A stretch of 64,000 bases of DNA from Smithellaceae bacterium (GTDB lineage Bacteria; Desulfobacterota; Syntrophia; Syntrophales; Smithellaceae): NCBI GenBank assembly GCA_963667845.2, contig CAXXVL010000002.1, forward strand, positions 3,008,001 to 3,072,000, given 5' to 3'. Within the stretch, counting starts at the first letter, position 1. Each line of letters begins with the position of its first letter. The translations under genes and the position numbers were made by a program. The notes under the pieces are model-generated. The model had not been told where the DNA came from and made no database searches. It worked only from the letters and a program-made list of their open reading frames with translations. Of this stretch, positions 20,985 through 31,762 are shown in pieces.

Positions 20985-21713
20985 TCAGATTCCCAGATAA
21001 GCCTTTTTGACATTTTCATCATGCAGCAGGTCGGAAGCTTTTCCTTCCAGGGTTATCATGCCGTTTTCCAGGACGTAGGCGCGGTGCGCCAGTTTCAGCG
21101 CCCTGAAGGCGTTTTGTTCCACCAGAAAAATCGTCGTGCGGTGCTCGGCGTTAATTCGGGCAAGAATCGAGAAGATCAGTTTGGTCATCAGAGGTGACAA
21201 ACCCAGGGACGGTTCGTCAAGCAGCAGCAGCCGCGGTTTGGCCATCAGCGCACGTGAAATCGCCAGCATCTGCTGCTCGCCGCCGGAGAGAGTGCCGCCC
21301 TGCTGATGGCGGCGCTCGTGAAGAATCGGGAAAAGCTCGTAGGTATAGGCGAGTCCTTTTTTGATTTCGTCATGGTCCTCTTGAAGAAACGCACCCATTT
21401 CCAGATTTTCGAGGACACTCAGTTTCGGGAAGATGCGCCGGCCTTCGGGAACCTGACAGATGCCCATGGCTACGATTTTGTCGGGGTCCGTCTTTTCAAT
21501 GGGCTGGCCATTGAAGAAAATCTGTCCGCTCCGAGCGGGAGTGATGCCGGAAATTGACATGAGCGTGGTCGATTTCCCCGCGCCGTTGGAACCGATGAGC
21601 GCAACGATTTCTCCCGGCGCAACTGACAGGGAAATGCCTTTGAGAGCCCGGATGCTGCCGTAACAGGTTTCCACGTCAATCAACTTCAGCATCGGCTTCG
21701 TCTCCATCTTCAT
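20985..21713 (-). CDS. livF: BCAA ABC transporter ATP-binding protein LivF
   Basis: GSNGAGKST, VPEGRRIF, LSGGEQQML, DEPSLGL, VEQNA. Confidence 0.92.
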   Translation of the reverse strand: MKMETKPMLKLIDVETCYGSIRALKGISLSVAPGEIVALIGSNGAGKSTTLMSISGITPARSGQIFFNGQPIEKTDPDKIVAMGICQVPEGRRIFPKLSVLENLEMGAFLQEDHDEIKKGLAYTYELFPILHERRHQQGGTLSGGEQQMLAISRALMAKPRLLLLDEPSLGLSPLMTKLIFSILARINAEHRTTIFLVEQNAFRALKLAHRAYVLENGMITLEGKASDLLHDENVKKAYLGI

Positions 21714-22485
21714 TTCCCAGATAGGCTTTGATTACCGCCTTGTTATTGCGGATTTCCTGAGGTGTTCCCCTCGCGATCTCTTGGCCGTAATCCAACACAA
21801 AGATACTTTGTGCGAGATTCATCACCAGTTTCATATCGTGTTCGATGAGCAGGATCGACAACTCGAAATCATTGCGCAGCTTCGCAATAAGCGCATCCAG
21901 CTCATTGGTTTCCTGTGGATTCATGCCGGCGGCCGGTTCGTCAAGGAGAAGCAGGCAGGGGTCCGTGGCGAGGGCGCGAGCGATTTCCAGGCGTCGCTGC
22001 GCGCCGTAAGGCAGTTCTTTGGCCAACTCATTCACTGAGGCCGCAAGCCCCATGTACTCGAGAATGGCGCAGCTTTCTGCCACAATGGTTTGCTCTTCAT
22101 TGCGCGTGCTGTGCGGACGGAAGATCGCGCCCAGGATGCCTGACGTTGATCGACTGTGACGGCCGATCATGACGTTTTCCAGCACAGTCATGCCGTTAAA
22201 CAGGCGAATATTCTGGAAAGTGCGTGCCACGCCGAGTTTGGTGATGGTGTTGATTTTCAGACCATCGAGCCGTCTCGGCTTTCCCGGTGGGGGATACAGT
22301 GTAATGGCGCCGGCTGTGGGCTTGTAGATGCCGGTCAGGCAGTTGAAGAGTGTCGTCTTCCCTGCGCCGTTGGGGCCGATAAGCGCGGCGATCTCACCTT
22401 TTTGAATATGCAGATTAACGCTGTCGAGCGCGCGCAGACCTCCGAAATCCATGGTCAGATTATTTACATCGAGAATATTTTCCAT
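21676..22485 (-). CDS. livG: BCAA ABC transporter ATP-binding protein LivG
   Basis: GPNGAGKTT, ARTFQNIRLF, LPYGAQRRLEIARAL, DEPAAG, IEHDM. Confidence 0.92.
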   Translation of the reverse strand: MENILDVNNLTMDFGGLRALDSVNLHIQKGEIAALIGPNGAGKTTLFNCLTGIYKPTAGAITLYPPPGKPRRLDGLKINTITKLGVARTFQNIRLFNGMTVLENVMIGRHSRSTSGILGAIFRPHSTRNEEQTIVAESCAILEYMGLAASVNELAKELPYGAQRRLEIARALATDPCLLLLDEPAAGMNPQETNELDALIAKLRNDFELSILLIEHDMKLVMNLAQSIFVLDYGQEIARGTPQEIRNNKAVIKAYLGNEDGDEADAEVD

Positions 22486-22498
22486 ACTTCACGCTTTC

Positions 22499-23704
22499 CT
22501 AGGGTTTGTCTTGGGCCTGACGAAATTCATGTTTTTTGCGCCGGTCGGCCATCAGTCCACCGGGGCGGAAAATCATCATGAGCATCAGCGCTGCGCCGAA
22601 CAGGATCATCCGGTAATCGCTGAAGATGCGCAGGTATTCCGGAAGCAGGATGATGGCGAAGGCCGCAATGATGACGCCGGCAATGGAACCCATGCCGCCT
22701 AAAACCACAATCGCTAAAATCATGGCCGATTCCAGGAACGTGAAACTGGCCGGGTTGATAAAGGTTGTTTTTGCGGCAAAGAGAACACCCGCCATTCCTG
22801 CCCATGTTGCGCCGAGCGCAAAAGCAGCCAGCTTCGCTTTGGTCTTATCGATACCCATTGCCTGGCAGGCGAGTTCGTCTTCGCGAAGAGCCACCCAGGC
22901 GCGGCCGATGCGGGAATGCTGCAGTCTGTAAATCACGAAAATTGCAAGTCCGCAAAGTGCGATCAAAAGAAAGTACATGTAAATTGCAGCTTGTTCAGGC
23001 GTCAGCGTTAGACCGAAAAAACCGGGACGTGGAATGTTGGAGATGCCGCTGGGACCGAAAGAGAAAGCATTCCAGTTTTCCAGAACGAGTCGAAGAATTT
23101 CCGCGAAAGCCAGTGTGACAATTGCCAGGTAATCGCCGCGCAGCCGGAGAACCGGTAAGCCGACCAGGATGCCGAAAAGAGCCGCGAGGAGGGCACCGAC
23201 GGGGAGCAGCGTCCAAAAGCCGAGGCCGAAATGATAATTGAGCAAAGCGTAACTGTAAGCGCCCACGGCGTAGAAAGCAACGTAGCCCAGATCCAGGAGG
23301 CCCGCGAGCCCGACTTCAATATTCAATCCGAGTCCCAGCATGACGTAAATGAGCGCAGTGGTCATAATGTTCACCTGGTAGTGAGAAAAAATAAAGGGGA
23401 AAATCAAAGTCAAGAGACCGATGATTACAAGGGCCGGACGCTGGAATTTCCGGTTTTCCAGGAGATGGGAAAGCCCTGATACATTTTGGGACGCTGAGTT
23501 TCCGGCTGATACATTTTTATGGAGGTAGAGTTGCCACAGGAAAGAAAGAACAAAGCTGCCCGCGCCGACGCCCAGGATATTGAACCATCGCCAGACGATC
23601 ACATTTTCAATGGTATTGACTCTGACGACCATCACGGGAAATGTGAGCAGAATAAACCAGAGGGCGATGTAGGCGGATCTTTTGATTTCGCGGCCGTATT
23701 TCAT
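22499..23704 (-). CDS. livM: BCAA ABC transporter permease LivM
   Basis: GLLDLGYVAFY, LRLRGDYLAIVT, GRAWVALREDE. Confidence 0.92.
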   Translation of the reverse strand: MKYGREIKRSAYIALWFILLTFPVMVVRVNTIENVIVWRWFNILGVGAGSFVLSFLWQLYLHKNVSAGNSASQNVSGLSHLLENRKFQRPALVIIGLLTLIFPFIFSHYQVNIMTTALIYVMLGLGLNIEVGLAGLLDLGYVAFYAVGAYSYALLNYHFGLGFWTLLPVGALLAALFGILVGLPVLRLRGDYLAIVTLAFAEILRLVLENWNAFSFGPSGISNIPRPGFFGLTLTPEQAAIYMYFLLIALCGLAIFVIYRLQHSRIGRAWVALREDELACQAMGIDKTKAKLAAFALGATWAGMAGVLFAAKTTFINPASFTFLESAMILAIVVLGGMGSIAGVIIAAFAIILLPEYLRIFSDYRMILFGAALMLMMIFRPGGLMADRRKKHEFRQAQDKP

Positions 23705-23717
23705 CGCAGAGCCTTTC

Positions 23718-24620
23718 CTACACTTTCTGCTGGGAGGAACGTCCCAGAATGCCGTCAGGTTTGAAAATCAAGATCAGGATGAGGAGTGCAAAGGCAAAGA
23801 CCGATTCATAGTCGCTCGAAATGTAACCGCTGCCGAAGCTTTCCGCCAGCCCCAGAACAAGACCGCCCAGCATGGCGCCGGGGATGCTGCCGATGCCTCC
23901 CAGAACGGCGGCCGTAAAGGCTTTGATGCCCGCATTAAAGCCGATATAAAAATTGATCCGGCCGACGTGAGAGGCAATCAGGATGCCGCCTATTGCCGCG
24001 AGCGCCGAGCCGATGATGAAGGTGCGGGAGATGACGCGGTTGACATTGACCCCGGTCAAGAGGGCCATTTCCTGGTCCTGCGCCGTGGCCCTCATGGCCC
24101 TGCCCATTTTCGTGAACTTCAGAAGAAGCGACAAGGCAATCATGACCGCAGCGGAAGTTAGAATGATGATAAAGTCGGAAGGACCGATCCAGGAACTGAT
24201 CCTGTCGAGAAAACCCGACTGCGGCAGCAGATTGGGGAAGGGGAGAAAATCCGAGGTCTGAGCCAGCATGACGTAGTTCTGCAAAAAGATGGACATGCCG
24301 ATGGCGCTGATCAGCGGTGAGAGCCGCCCGGCCTTTCTCAGCGGTTTGTAGGCGATCTTTTCAACCGTAAAACCGTAGGCCGCGGCATAGAGAATCGCGA
24401 CGACGCCGGCCAGGATCAGCACGGACAAACCGGTGAACCCGTACATGGTGAGTATGGAGGCAGCGATCAACGCGGTAAATGCGCCGATCATGTAAATTTC
24501 GCCGTGGGCAAAGTTGATGAGCTGCAGAATGCCGTAGACCATCGTATAGCCCAGGGCAATGAGCGCATAGATGCTGCCGCGAGTAAGTCCTCCCAAAAAT
24601 AAATCCCAAAAGAAGTTCAT
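23718..24620 (-). CDS. livH: BCAA ABC transporter permease LivH
   Basis: GSIYALIALGYTMVYG, INFAHGE, KAFTAAVLGGIG. Confidence 0.92.
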   Translation of the reverse strand: MNFFWDLFLGGLTRGSIYALIALGYTMVYGILQLINFAHGEIYMIGAFTALIAASILTMYGFTGLSVLILAGVVAILYAAAYGFTVEKIAYKPLRKAGRLSPLISAIGMSIFLQNYVMLAQTSDFLPFPNLLPQSGFLDRISSWIGPSDFIIILTSAAVMIALSLLLKFTKMGRAMRATAQDQEMALLTGVNVNRVISRTFIIGSALAAIGGILIASHVGRINFYIGFNAGIKAFTAAVLGGIGSIPGAMLGGLVLGLAESFGSGYISSDYESVFAFALLILILIFKPDGILGRSSQQKV

Positions 24621-24711
24621 TGACTGTTGCCTGTATCGGGCCGGCATGAGGCGGCTGTTACCTGTGCGACCTTATCCTGGTCACGTGCGGGTGATCGGGG
24701 CGTCCCGGCGA

Positions 24712-25839
24712 TTATTTTAATTCCGTATACGTTCCATTCTTAACCTGATAAATGGAGAAGCCGACGCCGATGGCGTCGCCCTGGTCGTTAAATTTTATTT
24801 TCCCCAGCGGGGTGTCGGTGACATAGGTGCGAAGCGCTTTGTGCACGGCTTTGTATTCCGTCGATTTGGCTTTGGTGATTGCATTAACGATCGCCAGCAT
24901 TGCACTGTAGGCATTGAGATAGAAGGCTCCCGGCTCCGAACCGTAGACTTTGCGATGCTCGGCGATGGCGGCGATCGCCAGCGGGTTCTTCGTCGTGTCT
25001 TTCGGCCCTGATGCATAGACGCCCTCGGCCGCCGGTCCCGCTACTTTGATGAAGGTCTGGTCCTTGACGCCGTCATCGGAGATGAAAATGGTCTTCATGC
25101 TTCGCTTGCGCATCAGCTGCACAACGGAAGCCGCTTCCGGGTGGTAACCGCCGTACACGACCGCGTCCGCCCCTGAATACTTGATTTTCTGGACGATGGC
25201 GGAATAGTCCACAGCGCCGGGTGTGATGCCCTCGTAAAGAACGACTTTGGCTCCCGGAGATTCGTCGAGATATTTTTTTGCATATTCCGCAAATCCTTTG
25301 CCGTAGTCGCCCTTATCATGAATGACGGCGAATTTCTTCAGCCTCAGCGTTTTGAGAGCAAAATCGGCAACCAGTCTTGCTTGTACATTATCAGGGCCGA
25401 TGGTGCGGTGAAAGTTCGGGTACTTGCCGGAAAGGGTTAATTCCGGACTGGTCACGGAAGGCGAAATCACGATAATTCCTGCATCCATATAAGTGCGCAA
25501 CGCCGCCTTGGTGGCGCCGCTGCAGATGTGGCCGATGACGGCATTTACTTTTGCGGAAACCAGCTTGGTGGCTGCATTCGTCGCGAGTTCAGGTTTACAG
25601 GCCTCATCTTCGATCAGCAGTTCCAGTTTTTTCCCGGCAATCCCGCCCTGCGCATTTACTTTTTTAACGACCAGTTCGGCCGCATGAACGGTGGGAATCC
25701 CGTATGACGCCAGGTCGCCGGTATGAGATCCCGCGATGCCTATTTTAATCGTCTCGGCACCGAGTGCCGTCGAGACCGTTCCAAGAATCATTAAAAAGAA
25801 GGGGATCGCAATCCATCGGAAAAGAAGTTTATTTTTCAT
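24712..25839 (-). CDS. livK: BCAA ABC transporter substrate-binding protein
   Basis: Signal peptide; IGHICSG, HDKGDYG, YGGYHPE; RBS GGGAG. Confidence 0.88.
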   Translation of the reverse strand: MKNKLLFRWIAIPFFLMILGTVSTALGAETIKIGIAGSHTGDLASYGIPTVHAAELVVKKVNAQGGIAGKKLELLIEDEACKPELATNAATKLVSAKVNAVIGHICSGATKAALRTYMDAGIIVISPSVTSPELTLSGKYPNFHRTIGPDNVQARLVADFALKTLRLKKFAVIHDKGDYGKGFAEYAKKYLDESPGAKVVLYEGITPGAVDYSAIVQKIKYSGADAVVYGGYHPEAASVVQLMRKRSMKTIFISDDGVKDQTFIKVAGPAAEGVYASGPKDTTKNPLAIAAIAEHRKVYGSEPGAFYLNAYSAMLAIVNAITKAKSTEYKAVHKALRTYVTDTPLGKIKFNDQGDAIGVGFSIYQVKNGTYTELK

Positions 25840-26006
25840 TCTGTGCTCCCGCATAAGATGGTGCAAAACTACTACTTGAAAAGGTCTGCCGCGTCAAGAC
25901 GCAATCAATGCCTGAATTCAACCAGACTTCATACGGCCGCATTGGGACTTGTCAACCCGTCGGGATGATGTTAAGGCAGGAAACAACCGGTAACGGAGAA
26001 AGCTTT

Positions 26007-27566
26007 ATGGGCGGTAAACCCGGGATGAATAAACTCTATTCTTTCAATAAAAAAGATATTGAACAGATGAAGGCGCTGGGCTTGAAGCCTTCCGATGTGC
26101 ACGGGCAGTTGGAGACTTACGGTCGCGGTTCGCGATTTATCAAACTCATCCGCCCCTGTAATCCCGGTGACGGCGTTCGATCTTATACAGCAGCCGAACG
26201 ACGGCACTTTATCAGCCTCTACGATCGTGAAGCCCAGAAACACAGCATTCTGAAATTTGTGCCGGCATCAGGAGCCGCAAGCCGGATGTTTGCTTCGTGG
26301 TTTGCGGCGGCCGAGCAGGGTAGCTTCGGAAACGATGCACTCGACCGGTCTTTTTTCGCTGATCTTAATAAAATGCCTTTCATCTCGATGCTTCGGAAAG
26401 ACCGCCGCATCCGCTTGCCGATGAGTGAAAGGAAAGTCCGTCCGGTCCTGAATCACATCCTCCTCTCCGCCGGTCTCCGATTCGGCTGGCTGCCCAAGGC
26501 ACTTATTCCTTTTCATGCTTATCCGGATGGTGAAGTGAGAACGGCGCTGGAAGAACATCTCGAAGAGGCTGCCGATTTCATTGGCGGTAGTGAGGGGCTC
26601 TGCCGGCTGCATCTGACGATTTCCGAAGAGCACGCCTCCGCGGTGAAGTCGCTGCTGAGATCAGTGCTTCCGGAATATGAAAAACGGTTAAATGTCCGAT
26701 TGGACATTGGGCTGTCGGTCCAGTCGCAGGCGACGGTAATTTTAGCCGCTGATGAGAATAACCTGCCGTTTCGGGATAACAACGGCCGTCTGGTCTTCAG
26801 ACCCGGCGGGCATGGTGCGCTGCTTCAGAACCTTCAGACTTTGGATGCCGATCTCATCTATATCAAAAATATCGATAATATCGCTCCCGTCGCTCGGCAG
26901 AAAAAAATATTGCCCTACAAAAAAATGCTCGGGGGACTGGCGCTTGAATTGCGGCATCGTTCCTTCGCGATACTTGAGCGGTTGAAAGAAGTTCGGTCCG
27001 GAGCCGGCGACCTGCGCAGCATGGTGGACTTTTGCCGCACTGAATTTAACACAACCCTGCCGCGGGGGTTTTCAAAATGGGCGCCGGGCGAAAAAAGAAA
27101 GTGGATATTTCAACGATTGAATCGTCCGCTGCGGGTCTGCGGGGTGGTGCGAAATGAAGGTGAGCCGGGAGGCGGCCCTTTCTGGGTTCGGGAAAACGAT
27201 CAGTCGAGTACGCTGCAGATTATTGAATCAGTCCAGGTCAACCGGCGTCTGAAGAGGCAGGCGGACATCTGGTCGCAGGCTTCGTATTTTAATCCGGTCG
27301 ATATGGTGTGCTGCACGAAGAATTATCTGGGAGAGAAATTCGATCTGGCCGATTTTGTCAATCGGGACGCCTATTCCATAAGCCCCAAAACGGAAAAGGG
27401 GCGCCGTCTCAAGGCCCAGGAGCTGCCCGGACTCTGGAACGGCGGCATGGCTTACTGGAATACGGTTTTTGTTGAATTGCCGCTGGCGGTTTTCAATCCG
27501 GTCAAAAGCATCAATGATCTCTTACGTCCCGAGCACCTTGCCGGCAGAATATCGCATAAACGCTAA
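26007..27566 (+). CDS. DUF4301 family protein
   Basis: KFVPASGAASRMF, RPGGHGAL, KNIDN, GEPGGGPF, FNPVD, LPGLWNG, FNPVK; start chosen after GGAG. Confidence 0.8.
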   Translation: MGGKPGMNKLYSFNKKDIEQMKALGLKPSDVHGQLETYGRGSRFIKLIRPCNPGDGVRSYTAAERRHFISLYDREAQKHSILKFVPASGAASRMFASWFAAAEQGSFGNDALDRSFFADLNKMPFISMLRKDRRIRLPMSERKVRPVLNHILLSAGLRFGWLPKALIPFHAYPDGEVRTALEEHLEEAADFIGGSEGLCRLHLTISEEHASAVKSLLRSVLPEYEKRLNVRLDIGLSVQSQATVILAADENNLPFRDNNGRLVFRPGGHGALLQNLQTLDADLIYIKNIDNIAPVARQKKILPYKKMLGGLALELRHRSFAILERLKEVRSGAGDLRSMVDFCRTEFNTTLPRGFSKWAPGEKRKWIFQRLNRPLRVCGVVRNEGEPGGGPFWVRENDQSSTLQIIESVQVNRRLKRQADIWSQASYFNPVDMVCCTKNYLGEKFDLADFVNRDAYSISPKTEKGRRLKAQELPGLWNGGMAYWNTVFVELPLAVFNPVKSINDLLRPEHLAGRISHKR

Positions 27567-27585
27567 ACCCGACCCCGCGCGTAAG

Positions 27586-28557
27586 TTACATGATCCGCGA
27601 CTCGCAATCCTCTTTCGATGCCGCTCTACTCATCAGTGATGCAGCCTGACCCCGGAAGGTGCAAATCACTTCGGCTTCCCGGTCGGCCGGAGCATCGGAG
27701 TAACGGACGCACAAGGCGGCAGCGAATTCTTTTGCGGAATCATTTCCATAGGGGATAAGAACATAAGGGCCAGGATGAACGGCCATGTTGAGAACCAGAT
27801 CCTCGTCGCCGGTGAGGCGGCGCAAGGACTCGTTATCGGCATGATTGCGGCCGACGATAATTTTTACGCCGCCGGGCGTTCGAAAATGCCTGCCATGCTT
27901 CAGCAGATCATAGTCCCTGGTCTGCCGGTCCTCACCCCGGGCTAAGAGATCGCGCAGCCGGTGTGAAAACATCGGGTCGGTCAAGAGACAACCACCGGCA
28001 GGCGGAGGGTACTGCCGGATACCGAATTCATCCGCCAGCCGCATTTGTTCTTTTCGCCCCCGCCCAGAAATATCCAAGAGCTGCAGGCGGTCAATGACGC
28101 CGTCACGCTCCGCCTTGATCGGGTCAAGAAGTTGTCCGGAGAGCGGCCTCAGAATGTAGTCGGCATAACCGGAATTTTTAGCAACGACATAAAGGGATTG
28201 TCGGGTCTGAGACATGGGCCGCTGCCCCAGAACCTCGCCCGTCACGAGAAATGCGGCTCCGGTTTCTTCCATTGTTCTGCCGGCAAGACGCAGCATCAGC
28301 GTGTGACAATCAATGCAGGGATTCATGTTCTTGCCGTAGCCGTAGCGCGGGGCCTTCAGCATCTGCAAATGCTCCGTGGTTATATCGTGAATCAGCAGGG
28401 GTAAACCGATCTGATCGGCCGCAGCTTGCGCTTTATCGGCTCCGAAGAAGGGCGTCGTATAGGTCAGGCCCGTAACGTCAATTTTTTGTTTTTGCACCAG
28501 TTTCACGGCGAGGATGCTGTCCAGTCCGCCGGACAGCAGTGCAATTGCTTTGGCCAT
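27586..28557 (-). CDS. ThiI/MnmA-like PP-loop tRNA thiolation protein with DUF814-like C-terminus
   Basis: SGGLDS, NPCIDC, TGEVLGQRPMSQ, GGCLLT, IVGRN. Confidence 0.8.
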   Translation of the reverse strand: MAKAIALLSGGLDSILAVKLVQKQKIDVTGLTYTTPFFGADKAQAAADQIGLPLLIHDITTEHLQMLKAPRYGYGKNMNPCIDCHTLMLRLAGRTMEETGAAFLVTGEVLGQRPMSQTRQSLYVVAKNSGYADYILRPLSGQLLDPIKAERDGVIDRLQLLDISGRGRKEQMRLADEFGIRQYPPPAGGCLLTDPMFSHRLRDLLARGEDRQTRDYDLLKHGRHFRTPGGVKIIVGRNHADNESLRRLTGDEDLVLNMAVHPGPYVLIPYGNDSAKEFAAALCVRYSDAPADREAEVICTFRGQAASLMSRAASKEDCESRIM

Positions 28558-28641
28558 CGTCAGAAATCCAATCTAAAAAATAAGAGCACCGGGAGGATGA
28601 TCCGCAGCGCTCGGAGTAATGATATCTTCAGCGGCAGGTGG

Positions 28642-30369
28642 TCAGTAGCGGATGATATTGGCTGACCATGTCTCCTGCAGCAAGCCGCGAATTTCCGGAT
28701 TGAAGTCAAAATTAACAACGTAGAGGCTCTGATCCGTTTTGATTTTGGTACCGTTGAAACCGAAGTGATAAGGCGGTTGATTCTTGTCCAGGCCGGAAAA
28801 CGTAAAATAACCGGACGTAAAAACAAAACTGAAACCGCGCAGAAGTTTTTCCATATTCCTGGCGGGGTCATCCTGATCGGCTACGAAGATGAGTTCGCTG
28901 CCGCTCCTCTCCAGAATATGGGTGAACTGGGGCGGCAGATTACGTGAGAAAATAAGCGTTTTCTTTTCGCCGCGAGTAACAACGATGTCCGCTTTGATGG
29001 ACAGGTTGAACCCGTCCTTTTCAATATTGAAGACTTTGACGTCCGCATCCTTTTCTCCCTGGATGCCCAGGTAGGACAGCAATGCATAGGAAAACTCCTT
29101 GGCGGAAGAAGTCGGCAGAATCGTCATCGGCGGGAGCGAATAAATTTCCTCCGGCTTAGCGGCCAGGCCTCGCTCCTGTGAAATTTCCGTGATGATCCAG
29201 GAATTTTGTTTTGCATAATTCACGACGGCCCGCGGCAGCAATCCATTGTCCTCATAAACGAACCGCAATCCCTGATTTACGAACATGGACTTTTTTGCAT
29301 CTTTTCTGGTGATGACCCAGTCCACAAGAACTTCCATCGGGGGGGCCGAGCCAATGGAAAGAGGATTTTGCGATTTGGTTATCTCATAGGTTTTGGACAC
29401 CCTGAATATCTTTTTCAGCATAACAACGATGTCGTCTTTATCGTCTATTTTGACCAGATGATGGCTGCTCCAGCGGTCACCGATCATTTTCTTAAGCTGA
29501 ACATTGGCGCGATTATCCAGGTCGAGCATGACCGTCGTCTGATCTTCGAATTCAATAACGGGAATACTGGCACAGTCAATCGTCAATTGTTCGGTTCGTG
29601 ATACCGGCAGGTAATAATTTCCGGCAGTGATCATGTTTCCTTTCATTTGTGTGATAATGTGTTTGATGACGGCTATGCGTTCGGCGGGCGTCAAAACAAT
29701 GGCATCCTTCGCCTTGCCGTCCGTCATATCCGTAAGCGGCGATTCGGTCTCGCGGGTCACGGTTTGACTTTTATCCGGAACCGCCCTGTTCGGCGCCAGG
29801 CCCTCTGCACCGGCTTTCAAAGCGGGTCGGCCGTCCGGGAGACGAATCATCTGACCGATGTAGATTCTGTTGACGTCCTTGATGTTCGGGTTCATCGATT
29901 TGATAAGCAGCAGAGTACTTTGCGTGCGCGACGCGATGCGGAGTTCGCGATGTGCAATCCGAATGAGACTGTCGCCTTTTTTGACCTGATACGTCTGAGA
30001 TCCTGTTCCTTCTGATGACGGAGCCGAGAAAGATGATGCAACGTCTCCCGGGGCGGCAGGGCTTTTAACGGGCAGCCGGATGTTCTGTCCTTCATATAAT
30101 TTATCCAGATCGGTGATATCGGGATTCAGCTCCTTGGTCAGCTGGTAATAGCGAGGAATATCCCGCTCGGTTATGCCCGGCAGTCGGCGAATAATTGCGG
30201 AAAGGACATCTCCTTTCTGAACGGTATAAGTCTGTGTGATATTTTTGGTGACGGTTTTCTTGCTGAAGGTCAGTTGCGCCGTGTCTTCACGCTCAGAGAA
30301 TGCGGCAGAAGGAAGCAGAACAATTAAAAGAAAGGAAAGAGCAAGAACCTGCTGAAATGCTTTCCTCAT
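28642..30369 (-). CDS. Secreted protein with two LysM domains
   Basis: Signal peptide; YTVQKGD...LNPDI...GQNIRLP and YQVKKGDSL...NPNI...IGQMIRLP; RBS GGGGAGG. Confidence 0.8.
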   Translation of the reverse strand: MRKAFQQVLALSFLLIVLLPSAAFSEREDTAQLTFSKKTVTKNITQTYTVQKGDVLSAIIRRLPGITERDIPRYYQLTKELNPDITDLDKLYEGQNIRLPVKSPAAPGDVASSFSAPSSEGTGSQTYQVKKGDSLIRIAHRELRIASRTQSTLLLIKSMNPNIKDVNRIYIGQMIRLPDGRPALKAGAEGLAPNRAVPDKSQTVTRETESPLTDMTDGKAKDAIVLTPAERIAVIKHIITQMKGNMITAGNYYLPVSRTEQLTIDCASIPVIEFEDQTTVMLDLDNRANVQLKKMIGDRWSSHHLVKIDDKDDIVVMLKKIFRVSKTYEITKSQNPLSIGSAPPMEVLVDWVITRKDAKKSMFVNQGLRFVYEDNGLLPRAVVNYAKQNSWIITEISQERGLAAKPEEIYSLPPMTILPTSSAKEFSYALLSYLGIQGEKDADVKVFNIEKDGFNLSIKADIVVTRGEKKTLIFSRNLPPQFTHILERSGSELIFVADQDDPARNMEKLLRGFSFVFTSGYFTFSGLDKNQPPYHFGFNGTKIKTDQSLYVVNFDFNPEIRGLLQETWSANIIRY

Positions 30370-30516
30370 TCGTATGTTGCCTCCCCGTATAAAAGAAATA
30401 TACATAATGCTTTTGATTACTTCAAGTATGGAGAAAAGTCAATCCCCATCGGATTCAAGGCGCCGCCGCGGCAGCCCTGTGCGGGTATCGGACACGTGAA
30501 GAAACGGGAAAGCGAA

Positions 30517-31407
30517 TTAAACAACCTTCTTCATTGCAGCAATTGCGACTTCAATCTGATCGTCATCCGGCTCTCGAGTGGTGATCCTCTGCAGTGCGAG
30601 CCCCGGCCAGCTCAGGACCTGAACCAGTTTGAACCCGCTGTGTTTTCCCGTAAAGCGGATTGCTTCGTAGGAAATACCTGCGATGACCGGCATCAGCAGA
30701 ATTTTATAAATGACGCGATGCAGGAAGTCAGGCCGACCCAGAAGCGAAAAGACGAGAATGGATACAATCATCACAAACAAAATAAAGCTGGTGCCGCAGC
30801 GGGGGTGCCGGGTAGAGTATTTTTTAACATTCTCGACTGTCAGATCCTGGCCGTCTTCCCATGCAAAAACGGTTTTATGCTCGGCTCCGTGATACATATA
30901 GACGCGCCGCATGTCCGCCATGAGGAGGGTGGCGCCAAGAAAACAGAGAAAAATACCGAGGCGAACACATCCCTCCAGGATATTAAGCAGAATCAAGCTG
31001 TCAATATACATCTTTATCTTGGTAAAGAAGAATGCCGGTACGACTACAAAGAAAAAGATCGCAACGGCAAAGCTGACAACAAACGAAGCATACATTTCCC
31101 AGCCCTGCGGTTTCTTTTCTTCTTCCGAGAGGGCGACTTCTGCGGAAAACATCAGGCACTGAATGCCGATGATCATCATCTCAAACAAACTGATCGTTCC
31201 GCGGACGAACATCCAACCCAGCGGTTTGTATCGTTTGGTCAACGGGACATAGTCGCGTTCCTGAAAAACGATCTCCTTGTCCGGTCTTCTCACCGCTGCG
31301 GCGATTTTCGTACCATGTCTCATCATGACGCCTTCGAGAATTGCCTGTCCTCCGGCGATATCTTCGGGATTCGGTTTGCAGCCCATAGCTTTGAATTCAC
31401 CATTCAT
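30517..31407 (-). CDS. DUF1385 (YqhQ-like) membrane protein
   Basis: GGQAILEGVMM, YHGAEHK, HPRCGTSF, LQRITTREP. Confidence 0.88.
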   Translation of the reverse strand: MNGEFKAMGCKPNPEDIAGGQAILEGVMMRHGTKIAAAVRRPDKEIVFQERDYVPLTKRYKPLGWMFVRGTISLFEMMIIGIQCLMFSAEVALSEEEKKPQGWEMYASFVVSFAVAIFFFVVVPAFFFTKIKMYIDSLILLNILEGCVRLGIFLCFLGATLLMADMRRVYMYHGAEHKTVFAWEDGQDLTVENVKKYSTRHPRCGTSFILFVMIVSILVFSLLGRPDFLHRVIYKILLMPVIAGISYEAIRFTGKHSGFKLVQVLSWPGLALQRITTREPDDDQIEVAIAAMKKVV

Positions 31408-31472
31408 TTTTTATCGTGCGTTTTCTTATAGTATTTGACCAGGGCTGTCAAATCATCATTTATAAATGTTTA

Positions 31473-31500
31473 TTGCATGTTTGAGGTCGAATGATATAAT
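31473..31500 (+). promoter_or_regulatory. Candidate sigma70 promoter (extended -10)
   Basis: TTGCAT-N16-TATAAT with TG upstream of the -10. Confidence 0.45.
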
Positions 31501-31539
31501 GCATGTCAATCATGTTCGAGGATATCAAGGAGGCTGCAA

Positions 31540-31761
31540 ATGGCGACTATGGATTCATCATCCGCCGCTTTTATCAAGGAGTATCAGGATCGTTTTGAAA
31601 AGAAACTGAGAGAAACCGAAATTGATCTTCTGGAGCACTGGAAAGCGCAACTGGAAAAGATAGAGACTTCAAGACCGGACAGCATCGCTTCTTTGCAGTT
31701 ACAGATCAAAAAAATGTCGGAGATGATGGGGAACCGCATCAAGGTGCTGAAAAAGGGGTAA
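31540..31761 (+). CDS. Small hypothetical helical protein
   Basis: Strong RBS AAGGAGG; abuts the HD gene. Confidence 0.7.
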   Translation: MATMDSSSAAFIKEYQDRFEKKLRETEIDLLEHWKAQLEKIETSRPDSIASLQLQIKKMSEMMGNRIKVLKKG

Positions 31762-31762
31762 G

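Noticed and set aside
30496..31431. 311-aa plus-strand ORF
   Set aside because: Antisense shadow of the DUF1385 gene
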